Assembly (NCBI GenBank): GCA_965215335.1
Contig: CBDCDA010000001.1
Coordinates: 768,001 to 832,000 of the forward strand
DNA: 64,000 nt
Reading direction: 5' to 3'
DNA from: an uncultured Candidatus Entotheonella sp.
GTDB taxonomy: Bacteria; Tectomicrobia; Entotheonellia; Entotheonellales; Entotheonellaceae
The notes beneath the pieces are model-generated. The model saw nothing but the letters and a program-made list of their open reading frames with translations, had not been told where the DNA came from and searched no databases. Each line of letters starts with the position of its first letter. The stretch's first letter is position 1. Below are positions 9,297-18,944 of this stretch, in pieces. The position numbers and the translations under genes are program-made.

Positions 9297-10892
9297 ATGA
9301 CGCACACGGAACCGGACCTGAACCCCCGGCCGCCGCTGGCGAAGCGCAAGCTGCCCCTCGGCATCCAGACCTTCCGCACGATCCGTGAGGGGGGGTATTA
9401 CTACGTCGACAAGACCGATTACATCCGGCGGCTGGTGGGCGGCGGTGCGTACTACTTCCTGTCGCGCCCGCGGCGCTTCGGAAAGAGCCTGCTGCTGGAC
9501 ACCCTCAAGGAGCTGTTCGAGGGCAATGAGCGGTTGTTCGAAGGGCTTTACATCCACGATCGCTGGGACTGGTCGGCGCATCACCCGGTGGTGCGCCTGA
9601 GTTTCGGCGGCGGCAGCTTCAGGGAACCGGATCATTTGTACGCGAACGCGATGGCACAGCTAGACGCCGTTCAACGGCGAACCGGTGCGGTTTCCGAGTA
9701 CGCCACGGCGCCGGAACGGCTCGCGCACCTTCTGGAGGTGCTGCACGACCGCACCGGCGAGCGCGTGGTGGTGCTGGTGGACGAGTACGACAAGCCGATC
9801 GTGGACGCGCTCGCCGAGCCGGAGGTCGCCCGGACCAACCGCGACTTCCTGCGCGGCTTCTACGGCGTTGTCAAGGACAGCGACGCGCACGTGCGCTTCA
9901 CCTTCATCACCGGGGTCAGCAAGTTCGCCAAGGTCAGCCTGTTCTCGGACCTGAACAACCTCACGGACATTACCCTGGACGAGCGCTACGCCGGCATCTG
10001 CGGCTACACCGAGGCGGACCTGGACGCGGTGTTCGCGCCGGAGCTGCCGGGGCTGGACCGGCAGGCCGTCCGCGACTGGTACGACGGCTACGGCTGGCTG
10101 GGCGCGGAGCGGGTGTACAACCCCTACGACGTGCTGTTGCTGTTCGATAAGCGCCGGTTCGACGCCTGGTGGTTCGAGACCGGCACGCCGGCGTTCCTGA
10201 TCGAGCGACTGTTCCGGCTCGGCTTCCACTTCCCGAGGCTGAACGGCCTGCTCGTCTCCGACGATCTGCTGTCCGCTTTCGACGTGGACGACATGGAGCC
10301 GGAGGCGCTGTTGTTCCAGACCGGCTACCTGACGATCAAGGGCGTGGAGGGGGCGGACGACCCGACCCGGCTGCCGCGCTACCGCCTGGGCTACCCGAAC
10401 CGGGAGGTGCGCCGGGGCTTGGCCGGACGCCTGCTGCGCGCGGCGGTGCCGCGCGACGCGCGCGAGTTGGCGACGGGCGACGGGCTGCGCCGGCTGCTGG
10501 CGGCCAACGACTTCGGCGGCGTGGAGACGCTGTTCAAGGCGTTCTTCGACAGCATCCCCTACGAATGGTACGCCAACAACGACATCGCCAAATACGAGGG
10601 CTACTATGCGAGCGTGTTCTACGGCTACGTGGAGGGGGCGGGTCTGGACGCGACGGTGGAGGACAGTTCGAACCGGGGACGCCTGGACATGGCGGTACGG
10701 TTCAACGGCCATGTCTACCTGTTCGAGTTCAAGGTAGTGGCGTCCGCGCCGGAGGGCGCGGCCATGGCGCAGTTGCGGGCGCGCGGCTACGCAGCGAAGT
10801 ACCGCCACCTGGGTCAACCGATCCATCTGGTGGCGATCGAGTTCAGCAGGGAGGCGCGCAACGTCGTGGCCTTCGACGTGGAGCGGGCCTGA
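9297..10892 (+). CDS. AAA-ATPase-like + PD-(D/E)XK nuclease superfamily 9 protein, paralog 1
   Basis: LPLGIQTF, YYVDKT, Walker A SRPRRFGKS, Walker B VLVDEYDKP, WFETGTP, C-terminal GRLDM...FEFK...QL...GY..KY. Confidence 0.92.
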   Translation: MTHTEPDLNPRPPLAKRKLPLGIQTFRTIREGGYYYVDKTDYIRRLVGGGAYYFLSRPRRFGKSLLLDTLKELFEGNERLFEGLYIHDRWDWSAHHPVVRLSFGGGSFREPDHLYANAMAQLDAVQRRTGAVSEYATAPERLAHLLEVLHDRTGERVVVLVDEYDKPIVDALAEPEVARTNRDFLRGFYGVVKDSDAHVRFTFITGVSKFAKVSLFSDLNNLTDITLDERYAGICGYTEADLDAVFAPELPGLDRQAVRDWYDGYGWLGAERVYNPYDVLLLFDKRRFDAWWFETGTPAFLIERLFRLGFHFPRLNGLLVSDDLLSAFDVDDMEPEALLFQTGYLTIKGVEGADDPTRLPRYRLGYPNREVRRGLAGRLLRAAVPRDARELATGDGLRRLLAANDFGGVETLFKAFFDSIPYEWYANNDIAKYEGYYASVFYGYVEGAGLDATVEDSSNRGRLDMAVRFNGHVYLFEFKVVASAPEGAAMAQLRARGYAAKYRHLGQPIHLVAIEFSREARNVVAFDVERA

Positions 10893-10896
10893 ACAC

Positions 10897-12462
10897 ATGG
10901 ATAGAAAGATGGATATGGCCGACGCCTCTCGGAATGTGACGGGTCGAGGCCGGCGCCCGGTGACCCCCGAACCGGCGCGCGTCCGCTACAACGACTGGCG
11001 GCAGGTGGCAGTGGAACCGCTGGATACGTTCACGCCCACCCTGCCCGTGAGCGTGATCATCCCGTACTACCAGACACCCGCCGAAACGCTGGCCAGGACG
11101 CTGGCGGCGCTGGAAGGGCAGACCTATCCGCGGGAGTTGTTCGAGGTCGTAATCGTCGACGACGGGTCGGAGCCGCCGCTGTCCCAGCCCCGCTCCACCC
11201 CGCTGGACGTCAAGGTGGTGTGTCAGGAGCGTCGCGGATTCGGGGCCGCCCGGGCGCGGAACACCGGCGTCCGGACGGCCGCCTACGACATCCTGCTCTT
11301 TCTCGACAGCGACATGCTCGCCGAGGCAGGCTGGATGGCTGAGCACGCCCGCTGGCACCACGCCGTCTCCGACGCCCTGACCCTGGGGGTGAGCGCCTAT
11401 GTGTCGGTGGACGGCATCGACTCGGAGACCATTCGGCACCGGGCCGGGTCGTTGCGAGAGCTATTCTCGGACCGGCCGACGGACCCGCCCTGGACTGAAA
11501 CCCACAGCGCCAGAACCAGCCATCTGACGTCCCGGGCCGACGACTTGTTCAGGGTGGTAGCCAGCGGAAACCTCGGGGTCAGCAAAATTTTCTACGAGTT
11601 GACGGGCGGGTTCGACGAATCGTTCACGCGTTGGGGAATGGAGGATACCGAGTTCGGCTACCGGGCCTATACCCGCGGCGGGCTGCTGGTGCCGGCCCGG
11701 GACGTCTTCGCCTGGCACCAGGGACGCTGGAAGGAGGACAGAAACGCCACCAAGAGCCGGGATCTTCGGCTTCAGCGCGGGAAGGTAGCGCAGCTTATCG
11801 CCCACCGCGGGTTCCGCGGCAACCAGACCGGCCGCATCTTCACGGTGCCTCAGTACGTCGTAACCATTGATGCCGGCCGTCGCCCGATCGAGCAAATCAT
11901 CAAGACCGCCGTGAACATCCTGGCGGACCGCGCGCATGACTTGGTGGTGCGAATCGAAACGCACGCGAGTGACGACCATGAGCGACTGACGCTGCTCCAG
12001 GACGAGTTCGGTGCCGACCCACGGGTGCGCATCGGTCCCACTCGCTTCGCCCTCGACGAGTTTCCGGTGTCGCCGTTCCACGTCACGCTTCCCGCCACCG
12101 AATTCGCCAGAAACCTGGTGCATCGGCTGCGCGCCGGGCTGGGAGGGGCGGTCACCGCGGCCTCGACTCTCCCGGACGGAAGCCAGGTGTCGATCACCCG
12201 TGCGTGGGCGCTCCACCGGGCGCGCCGTGCGGGGGGCAGTCCGGCCGACTTCGGCGATGCGCGGACGCTATCCGCGCGTTCCCTGAAGGTCCGGGTCGGC
12301 GCGCCGCCGGGCGGTGTGAACCGCACCGCATCCAAGAAGGCAGTCGGATTTCCTACCGATTGGGAGCGCTTGCGGGACCGAGTGAGGAACCTCCACGGCT
12401 ATCGGGATGCATGGTTGTTCCTGAAGTGGTTCGTCGGCGCGGTGTGGCGAGCAGTCAAGTAG
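10897..12462 (+). CDS. GT2 glycosyltransferase
   Basis: VSVIIPYY, VVIVDDGS, ARNTG, FLDSDM, GGFDESF..WGMEDTEFGYR. Confidence 0.9.
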   Translation: MDRKMDMADASRNVTGRGRRPVTPEPARVRYNDWRQVAVEPLDTFTPTLPVSVIIPYYQTPAETLARTLAALEGQTYPRELFEVVIVDDGSEPPLSQPRSTPLDVKVVCQERRGFGAARARNTGVRTAAYDILLFLDSDMLAEAGWMAEHARWHHAVSDALTLGVSAYVSVDGIDSETIRHRAGSLRELFSDRPTDPPWTETHSARTSHLTSRADDLFRVVASGNLGVSKIFYELTGGFDESFTRWGMEDTEFGYRAYTRGGLLVPARDVFAWHQGRWKEDRNATKSRDLRLQRGKVAQLIAHRGFRGNQTGRIFTVPQYVVTIDAGRRPIEQIIKTAVNILADRAHDLVVRIETHASDDHERLTLLQDEFGADPRVRIGPTRFALDEFPVSPFHVTLPATEFARNLVHRLRAGLGGAVTAASTLPDGSQVSITRAWALHRARRAGGSPADFGDARTLSARSLKVRVGAPPGGVNRTASKKAVGFPTDWERLRDRVRNLHGYRDAWLFLKWFVGAVWRAVK

Positions 12463-12469
12463 GCTGCAT

Positions 12470-13777
12470 ATGGGGGAGACTAGGTATCCGGCGCCGAATA
12501 CGGAGAACATGAGATCGTCGTTCCTGAAATACGTGGTTCGATGGCGGGCGGCCAGAAAGCAACGGATGGCCTGGGCGTATCTCCGGCACTGGATACGGAG
12601 TCGGTGGCTGCGGGTCGTCTGGAAACCGGGCAAGCTGCTACAGAGGGGACCGGCTCGGAACCCGCCGATGCCAGGCGCATCGAAATCGCCGAAGGCGCCG
12701 TGCCAAGCTGTCGTACCCGCCTTTGATCCGCGGAGATACAACCCGTTCCGATGGCCGCTTGCCGCCGGGGACGAGGTGGCGGCGCTGGGGCCGATCGCGT
12801 GGTTGCCACTCGACGCCGAGGCGCACCGCGTCGTGCACCGGGACGATCTGCGCCGCCTGCGCCGGTATCATCACGTGGAGGACGTGCAGGCGTACCACGC
12901 CGACGTCGTCACGCGGGCCGGTGACTTGGCTCGCGTGGCCGCCACCGGCGTGGTGGTGCATCTGGCGGATGGCGATAAACGGCTTCGGCCGCTGCTCGAC
13001 GCCGACCTTCATGACCTGATGACCGGCGGCGTGAGCGGCATCGACGCCAACGCGCGCGAACTGCTCAGCATCAGGATGTGCCGCGCGGCTCTGCGGGACC
13101 ATTCACTCCAAGCGCGCGCCCGGCAACTCGGCGGGGAGGAACCGCCCTTGGTGTCGATCCTGCTGCCGACCCGGCGCCCCGAACGGCTGCCGCAGGCGCT
13201 CGCCGCGGTAGCGAGACAGACCTACCCCCGGCTGGAGCTGGTGCTGGCGTTGCACGGCGGACCCTTCGCGGAAGTCGAGCAGCGCGTCGCCGAATTGCCG
13301 CACCCGGCGAAGGTGGTGCCCGTGCCCGCACGCGAGCCGCTCGGCACCGTGCTCGGCGCCGCGTCGGCGGTGGCGAGCGGGACGCTGCTGACCAAGATGG
13401 ACGACGACGACCTGTACGGCGGCGACCACGTGTGGGACCTCGTGCTTGCGCAGGAGTACTCCCAAGCGCCGCTGGTGGGCAAGGGGGTTGAGTTCGTCTA
13501 CCTGGCCGCGTCGGATCGAACCGCTCACTGGCACTGCGGGAGCGGCGAAAGTTATCAGACGTCGACCCTGGCCGGGGGCGCTCAGTTGATTACCCGCGAC
13601 GAGCTCGTGCGGGTGGGCGGCTGGCCGCGAGTGTCGCGAGGCGTCGATCAGGGGCTGATCGACGCCGTCGTTCGGGCGCGCGGCTGCGTCTACCGCACCC
13701 ACGGCGCCGGCTTCATGCTGGTTCGACACGGCGAGCGCCATACGTGGGAGGCGTCCGACGACTGGTTCCTCGAGTAG
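12470..13777 (+). CDS. GT2-like glycosyltransferase (possibly prematurely terminated)
   Basis: LVSILLPTRRP, RQTYPRLELV, KMDDDDLYG. Start position uncertain. Confidence 0.8.
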   Translation: MGETRYPAPNTENMRSSFLKYVVRWRAARKQRMAWAYLRHWIRSRWLRVVWKPGKLLQRGPARNPPMPGASKSPKAPCQAVVPAFDPRRYNPFRWPLAAGDEVAALGPIAWLPLDAEAHRVVHRDDLRRLRRYHHVEDVQAYHADVVTRAGDLARVAATGVVVHLADGDKRLRPLLDADLHDLMTGGVSGIDANARELLSIRMCRAALRDHSLQARARQLGGEEPPLVSILLPTRRPERLPQALAAVARQTYPRLELVLALHGGPFAEVEQRVAELPHPAKVVPVPAREPLGTVLGAASAVASGTLLTKMDDDDLYGGDHVWDLVLAQEYSQAPLVGKGVEFVYLAASDRTAHWHCGSGESYQTSTLAGGAQLITRDELVRVGGWPRVSRGVDQGLIDAVVRARGCVYRTHGAGFMLVRHGERHTWEASDDWFLE

Positions 13778-13949
13778 GCCGACAGTAGCAGCCCCGGCTG
13801 GAACCCGGCGCTCGCCGACCTCGGGGACCTGAACCTGCCGCATCCGGTGTCGGACACGGAATCAACAGGGAAACAGCAGACTTGAAATCTGTCATGAATG
13901 TGATTCTGCCACGCTACCACGCTACGCCTTTTGGTTTGGGATCACACAC

Positions 13950-14390
13950 GTGATCCTGATTGTTCTCGCCATCCTTGGCCCGCTGCACATACTGACCCGC
14001 ACGTCCACCTATGGCTCCGGCCTGTCCCCCGACTCGGCAGGCTACCTGTCCATCGCTTCGAACCTCGCCGAGGGAGAGGGCTCGCAGGATTCCAACGGCC
14101 GCGGGATCCTGCCGTGGCCGTTCCTCTTTCCTCTGCTCCTGGCGGCCTTCGATCTCGTTGGCATCGAGCCGCTGGAGGCAGGCCGTTGGGTGAACATAGC
14201 CACCTTTGGTCTGATTGTCCTACTGGGTCGGTTTCTGGTTACGCCGGAACCCCATGTCGTCCGCTCTGGCGGTGGGGGCCACCGTCGCCGCCGTGACCTC
14301 GCTCCCCCTCTCCGCCTCGTCTCTTTGATATGGGGGGGGGACGGTGTTCACTGCCTTGGCCGCGGTGACGCGGTATGCCGGCGTTACGGA
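13950..14390 (+). pseudogene. N-terminal remnant of a GT-C/ArnT-like membrane protein
   Basis: Hydrophobic segments with SPDSAGYLSIASNL..G.G and WPFLFPLLLA. The frame degenerates after ~14230. Confidence 0.5.
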
Positions 14391-14393
14391 AGC

Positions 14394-15227
14394 ATGACGC
14401 CGCCAATGAACACGATCAAGCGGGCGCTGAGGGTGCTGAGCGCGATAGCAACGAACCCGTCCGTCGCCGCGGCGATGGTGGGCGCGTTGTCGCACGGGAG
14501 GTTCGACGTACGGCGCATGGCGTACACTGCCACGCGGGCGCCCGATCTCCGCGCGGAGAAAGTCGTCTCCCGCAAGTACCGGTATCTCTGGCTATGCGTC
14601 CCCAAGGTGGCGTCGCGCAGCATCATGAGGGCGTTGTGCAGCACGGACCCTGACGCCGAGGTCGTTCACGGGGCGCGCATCAGCGACCTGTACGCGATAC
14701 GTCCGGAAGCGAGGGGCTACCACAGCTTCGCGTTCGTCAGGCATCCTTTCGACCGGACGCTCTCGTTCTATCGGGAGCTGCATGTTGCCCACAGGATTTA
14801 CACCGGAGAACAACGCCTTCACAAGGCGGAGAAACGCCAGAGCTTCTTCCGCCAGTTCTATGGACTGGCGGAAACGCGCAACTTCGACGACGTCTGCGAG
14901 TGGCTGAACACGCCGTACGGCTCGGATGTCTTTGCAGACCGGCACTTTCTGTCTCAACACATGCAGATTCGCCTTGAGGACGGGCGCTTGCCCGACTTCA
15001 TCGGCCGCTTTGAGAACCTGGACGCGGATCTGAACCGGGTCGCAGCGTATCTCGGCATGCCGGCGCTGCAGTTGCCGATGCTCAACACGGCGTCCGGCTG
15101 GACGACAACGCCAGAAGCGTGGCGAGCGGCGAGGCCGCAGCTGGCCGCGCAACTCACCGAGCGGAACAGGGCGCTGCTGGCGAAACGTTACGCGGACGAC
15201 TTCGAGCTCTTCGGCTATTCGCCGTGA
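14394..15227 (+). CDS. Sulfotransferase family 2 protein
   Basis: 5'-PSB-like CVPKVASRS, 3'-PB-like FAFVRHPFDRTLSFY, HFLSQ, DFIGRFENLDAD, YADDFELFGY. Confidence 0.88.
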   Translation: MTPPMNTIKRALRVLSAIATNPSVAAAMVGALSHGRFDVRRMAYTATRAPDLRAEKVVSRKYRYLWLCVPKVASRSIMRALCSTDPDAEVVHGARISDLYAIRPEARGYHSFAFVRHPFDRTLSFYRELHVAHRIYTGEQRLHKAEKRQSFFRQFYGLAETRNFDDVCEWLNTPYGSDVFADRHFLSQHMQIRLEDGRLPDFIGRFENLDADLNRVAAYLGMPALQLPMLNTASGWTTTPEAWRAARPQLAAQLTERNRALLAKRYADDFELFGYSP

Positions 15228-15388
15228 TCTGCGGAGACGCCAGGCGGTGAGAACGACCCTGGTTTCCTTGCCGCTCAACCCACAGAGCGAATGCCTGCTG
15301 AGTGCGGACAACGTGGATCGGAAGAAAGCGTGCAACGTCGGTGCCAGCCAACTTCCGGCTGCGCGACGCTGCGGTCCGACGTATCGTG

Positions 15389-15417
15389 TTGCCGACCTCG
15401 GAGCGCTGGTATACACT
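15389..15417 (+). promoter_or_regulatory. Putative sigma70 promoter of AAA/nuclease paralog 2
   Basis: TTGCCG-17 bp-TACACT, 86 bp upstream of ATG 15503. Confidence 0.35.
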
Positions 15418-15502
15418 GGCCGCCATGCCGGCGATGGTGGCACGGGTCGCGACCTCCCCTGTCGCTGATAACCCACGTACTCGACCACGGCGAGCCACAG
15501 CG

Positions 15503-17095
15503 ATGAAGCCCACCGAGCCTGGCTCGAACCCCCAACCGCCGGTGGCGAAGCGCAAGCTGCCGATCGGCATCCAGACCTTCCGCCAGATCCGTGCGGAAGG
15601 CTACTACTACGTCGACAAGACCGGCTACATCCGGCGCCTGGTGGAGGGCGGCAAGCACTACTTCCTGTCGCGTCCCCGGCGCTTCGGCAAGAGCCTGCTG
15701 CTGGACACCATCAAGGAGCTGTTCGAGGGCAGCGCGGAGCTGTTCCGGGGACTCGCCGCCGAAGACCACCGGGCCTTGTCGGCCGGCCACCCCGTCGTGC
15801 GCCTGAGCTTCGGCGGCGGCGACTTTACCCGGCCCGAAAACCTGCACCGGAACACGATGGCGCAACTCGGCACGCTCGAACGCCGGGCGTCCGTGACCGG
15901 GGAGCACGACGGCGCGCCCGAGCGTTTCGCCCATCTGGTCCAGACGCTGCGCGAGGGCGCGGGGCGGCGCGTCGTGGTGCTGGTGGACGAATACGACAAG
16001 CCCGTCCTGGATGCGCTGGAGAAGCCGGAGGTGGCCCGCGCCAACCGCGACTACCTGCGCGGCCTGTACGGGACCATCAAGGACTGCGACGCCGACGTCG
16101 AGTTCACGCTGCTCACGGGGGTGAGCAAGTTTTCCAAGGTCAATCTGTTTTCGGGCCTCAACAACCTCATCGACATCACCCTGGACCCGCGCTACTCCGC
16201 CATCTGCGGGTACACCGAGGCGGACCTGGAGACGGTGTTCGCGCCCGAACTGCCGGGGTTGGACCGGGACGCCATCCGCGACTGGTACGACGGCTACAAC
16301 TGGCGGGGAGACGAGCGGGTCTACAACCCCTTCGACGTGCTGCTGCTGTTCGACACGCGCGAGTTCAAGGCGCACTGGTTCGAGACCGGCACGCCGGCGT
16401 TCCTGATCGACACGCTACTGTCGCGCGGGTTCGGTGCTCCGCCGCTGGACGGCGTGGTCGCAAGCGACGCGATGCTGTCGGCCTTCGACGTGGATGACAG
16501 CGCCGCCGAAGCGCTGCTGTTCCAGACCGGCTACCTGACCATTCGCGGCACGGAGTACCACCGCGGCAGGACGCAATACCGGCTGGGCTACCCGAACCGT
16601 GAGGCGCGACAAAGCCTGAACGAAAGCCTGCTGGACCGCTTGACGGGCGACCGGGCGCGTCGGGAGCGGCGCAGCGACGATCTGTACGACCTGTTGCTAG
16701 CCAACGACTTCGAGGGCATGGGGACGCTGTTCCGGTCGTTCTTCGCTGGCATCCCCTACCAGTGGCGCGTGCGGAGCCCCATTGCGGACTACGAGGGCTA
16801 CTATGCCAGCGTGTTCCACGCCCACTTCCTGGCGCTGGGGACGGAGCTTGAAGTCACGGTGGAGGACAGCGGCAGCCGCGGTCGCGTGGACATGGCCGTC
16901 CGCTTCAACGGCAACGTCTACCTGTTCGAGTTCAAGGTGGTGGAGAAGGACGCCACGGGAGCGGCCATGTCGCAGTTGAAGACCAGGGGCTACGCCGACA
17001 AGTACCGTCACCTGGGCTGGCCGATCCACCTGATCGGCGTGGAGTTCAGCAAGGAGACGCGCAACGTCGTGGCCTTCGACACGGAGCGGGTCTGA
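15503..17095 (+). CDS. AAA-ATPase-like + PD-(D/E)XK nuclease superfamily 9 protein, paralog 2
   Basis: Same motif set as 9297-10892; the N-termini align (MKPTEPGSNPQPPVAKRKLP vs MTHTEPDLNPRPPLAKRKLP). Confidence 0.92.
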   Translation: MKPTEPGSNPQPPVAKRKLPIGIQTFRQIRAEGYYYVDKTGYIRRLVEGGKHYFLSRPRRFGKSLLLDTIKELFEGSAELFRGLAAEDHRALSAGHPVVRLSFGGGDFTRPENLHRNTMAQLGTLERRASVTGEHDGAPERFAHLVQTLREGAGRRVVVLVDEYDKPVLDALEKPEVARANRDYLRGLYGTIKDCDADVEFTLLTGVSKFSKVNLFSGLNNLIDITLDPRYSAICGYTEADLETVFAPELPGLDRDAIRDWYDGYNWRGDERVYNPFDVLLLFDTREFKAHWFETGTPAFLIDTLLSRGFGAPPLDGVVASDAMLSAFDVDDSAAEALLFQTGYLTIRGTEYHRGRTQYRLGYPNREARQSLNESLLDRLTGDRARRERRSDDLYDLLLANDFEGMGTLFRSFFAGIPYQWRVRSPIADYEGYYASVFHAHFLALGTELEVTVEDSGSRGRVDMAVRFNGNVYLFEFKVVEKDATGAAMSQLKTRGYADKYRHLGWPIHLIGVEFSKETRNVVAFDTERV

Positions 17096-17101
17096 ATAAA
17101 T

Positions 17102-17221
17102 GGCGCGGCAGGAGCGGCCTGGGCCAGAACGATGTTCGCCCTGACCATCTTGCTGGTCATTACCTCGTGTGCAATCTCAATACTGCGGCAGAGTTACTCG
17201 CTGGGCAGGAAAGATAATTGA
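17102..17221 (+). pseudogene. C-terminal remnant of a third flippase-like paralog
   Basis: Reads GAAGAAWARTMFALTILLVITSCAISILRQSYSLGRKDN*, matching the flippase C-terminus GAEGAAWANTTYFGVFVIVLAPFVISILWQS. Its stop overlaps TTG 17218. Confidence 0.75.
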
Positions 17222-18531
17222 AAGCCTTGAATCGTCCCCTGATTGCCCGGTTGCTTCCGGCCTCGGACCGGTGCGTGGCGCGGCAGACCCTCTGGATGGG
17301 CACCATTACAGCGGTCCAGCTTCTCGGCGGACTAGCACAGGTATCCATCTCGGCCAGGATCCTCGGACCGGAAGGCTACGGCGTTCTGGCCGTCATCATG
17401 GCCGTTACTCTCCTCATCTACGGACTGCTGGCCATGCCGGGAGGTGAAGCGGTTACAGCTTTCGTCACGCGGGGTGTGGCGGAGGGACGGGCGGGGGAGG
17501 CATCCAGCGTATTGCGATTCCTGCTGGCTGTATCCTTGGGGCTGTCGCTCATTGCCTACGCGCTCTTAGCTGTCATTATCCTTATGGCCGGTGGCCTATT
17601 GGGGATCGCCCCGGCCCACCTGAATGCCGCTCTCCTCTACGGCGCCGTGGGCATCTTTCTGGCCACGCAAACGGAGACGCTGGCGACGTTGCGACTGTCC
17701 GACCGCCTGCCGCTGGGCTTGGCAGTTACTGTTGCCGCCTTCCTGACCCGGGTTGCCCTGCTGGCTACGGCGTGGCTGACGGGGGGCGGGCTGCTTGCCG
17801 TGGTCCTGGCCCATGTTGCCGGCGCTGCGGTGAATGGGGTCGGGATGCTGGTTGCCGCAACGGTGTCCGCGCAGCGGGCGGGAATGACGGACCTTCTGCG
17901 CTCGTTGTCGCTACGAGTACCGCCGGACATGGTGCGATTCCAGGTTGGAGCATTCGGGAAATCCGCCATCTGGGTATTGGCCCACAACATGGATTCCATC
18001 CTGCTGGTGCAATTCACTGGCGCAGCCGACGTCGGCCTGTACCGGGGCTCCCGGCAGATAGCAGCCTCCGCGAGATACCCGTTCCTGCCGCTGAAGAACG
18101 CGGTGCAGCCCGAATACAGCAGGCAATGGTACTCGGGCCGGGGAACGGCGCTGCGGTTCACCCTGGCGTCATTCGCGCTGGCCGCCGCCGGATTCGGGCT
18201 GCTCGCCATCTTTCATCAACCCGTAACCCGGCTCGTCCTGGGCGCCGAGTTCTCGGATGCCGCCCCGCTGGTGCTGATTATGCTCGCCGGCTCCTTCGCC
18301 TCTTCCAGCGTTTCCGCGCTCACCATTCTGCCGGCGGCGGTGGGGCGCGTCGGGCCGTCCTTGGCAGGGGAAGGGGCCGGCCTTGTGGCTTCCCTTGCCG
18401 TCATCGTGTGGCTCGTTCCCCGGTATGGCGCCGAGGGAGCGGCCTGGGCCAACACGACCTACTTCGGCGTCTTCGTCATTGTGCTGGCTCCCTTTGTCAT
18501 CTCCATATTGTGGCAGAGCCGTCGGACATGA
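17218..18531 (+). CDS. Wzx-like oligosaccharide flippase
   Basis: Polytopic; ARILGPEGYG, DVGLYR, YGAEGAAWA motifs. Confidence 0.88.
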   Translation: MKALNRPLIARLLPASDRCVARQTLWMGTITAVQLLGGLAQVSISARILGPEGYGVLAVIMAVTLLIYGLLAMPGGEAVTAFVTRGVAEGRAGEASSVLRFLLAVSLGLSLIAYALLAVIILMAGGLLGIAPAHLNAALLYGAVGIFLATQTETLATLRLSDRLPLGLAVTVAAFLTRVALLATAWLTGGGLLAVVLAHVAGAAVNGVGMLVAATVSAQRAGMTDLLRSLSLRVPPDMVRFQVGAFGKSAIWVLAHNMDSILLVQFTGAADVGLYRGSRQIAASARYPFLPLKNAVQPEYSRQWYSGRGTALRFTLASFALAAAGFGLLAIFHQPVTRLVLGAEFSDAAPLVLIMLAGSFASSSVSALTILPAAVGRVGPSLAGEGAGLVASLAVIVWLVPRYGAEGAAWANTTYFGVFVIVLAPFVISILWQSRRT

Positions 18532-18590
18532 TGATATGATGTGGATTGAAACGGGGAGCGGTCATAGTGTGAGCCCGCTTCCGGCCTGCG

Positions 18591-18830
18591 ATGAAAGGCG
18601 AAACCGTCATGAGCGCAACCGGGCCCGAAACGACACCCCTGGAATACTTGGCTCGCGCCGACCGGGAGTTGGTCGCTGGCAACCGCAGGGAGTCTGCCCT
18701 TCTGATGTGGAAGGCCACCGCGGCCACCTTCGTGGATTGGCCCGTCCACGCGGGTTGGAATCCAGCGCAAGCCTTCATCGAGGAGATGCTGATTCTCCAT
18801 GCCCGTGATACTAACGAGGCCCCGGCATGA
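18591..18830 (+). CDS. Small protein resembling the PaREP1/HEPN N-terminus, probably internally deleted
   Basis: YLARADRELVAGNRRESALLMWKATAA resembles the PaREP1-type first helices. The stop overlaps the next ATG (ATGA). Confidence 0.4.
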   Translation: MKGETVMSATGPETTPLEYLARADRELVAGNRRESALLMWKATAATFVDWPVHAGWNPAQAFIEEMLILHARDTNEAPA

Positions 18831-18944
18831 CGGTCGTGGCGGATAAGCTCCACGTCGGGCTGGTGATGCTGATTCTCCATGCCCGTGATACTAACGAGGC
18901 CCCGGCATGACGGTCGTGGCGGATAAGCTCCACGTCGGGCTGGT
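18785..18944 (+). repeat. Exact 80-bp tandem duplication (2 copies)
   Basis: 18785-18864 is identical to 18865-18944 and spans the GT4 start. Confidence 0.97.

Noticed and set aside
13876..13893. tRNA-like anticodon arm GCAGA-CTTGAAA-TCTGT
   Set aside because: No D arm, T arm (GTTCRA) or acceptor stem.
13950..15227. Membrane protein-sulfotransferase fusion (425 aa ORF)
   Set aside because: The linker reads as out-of-frame sequence; better explained as a remnant plus a separate gene.
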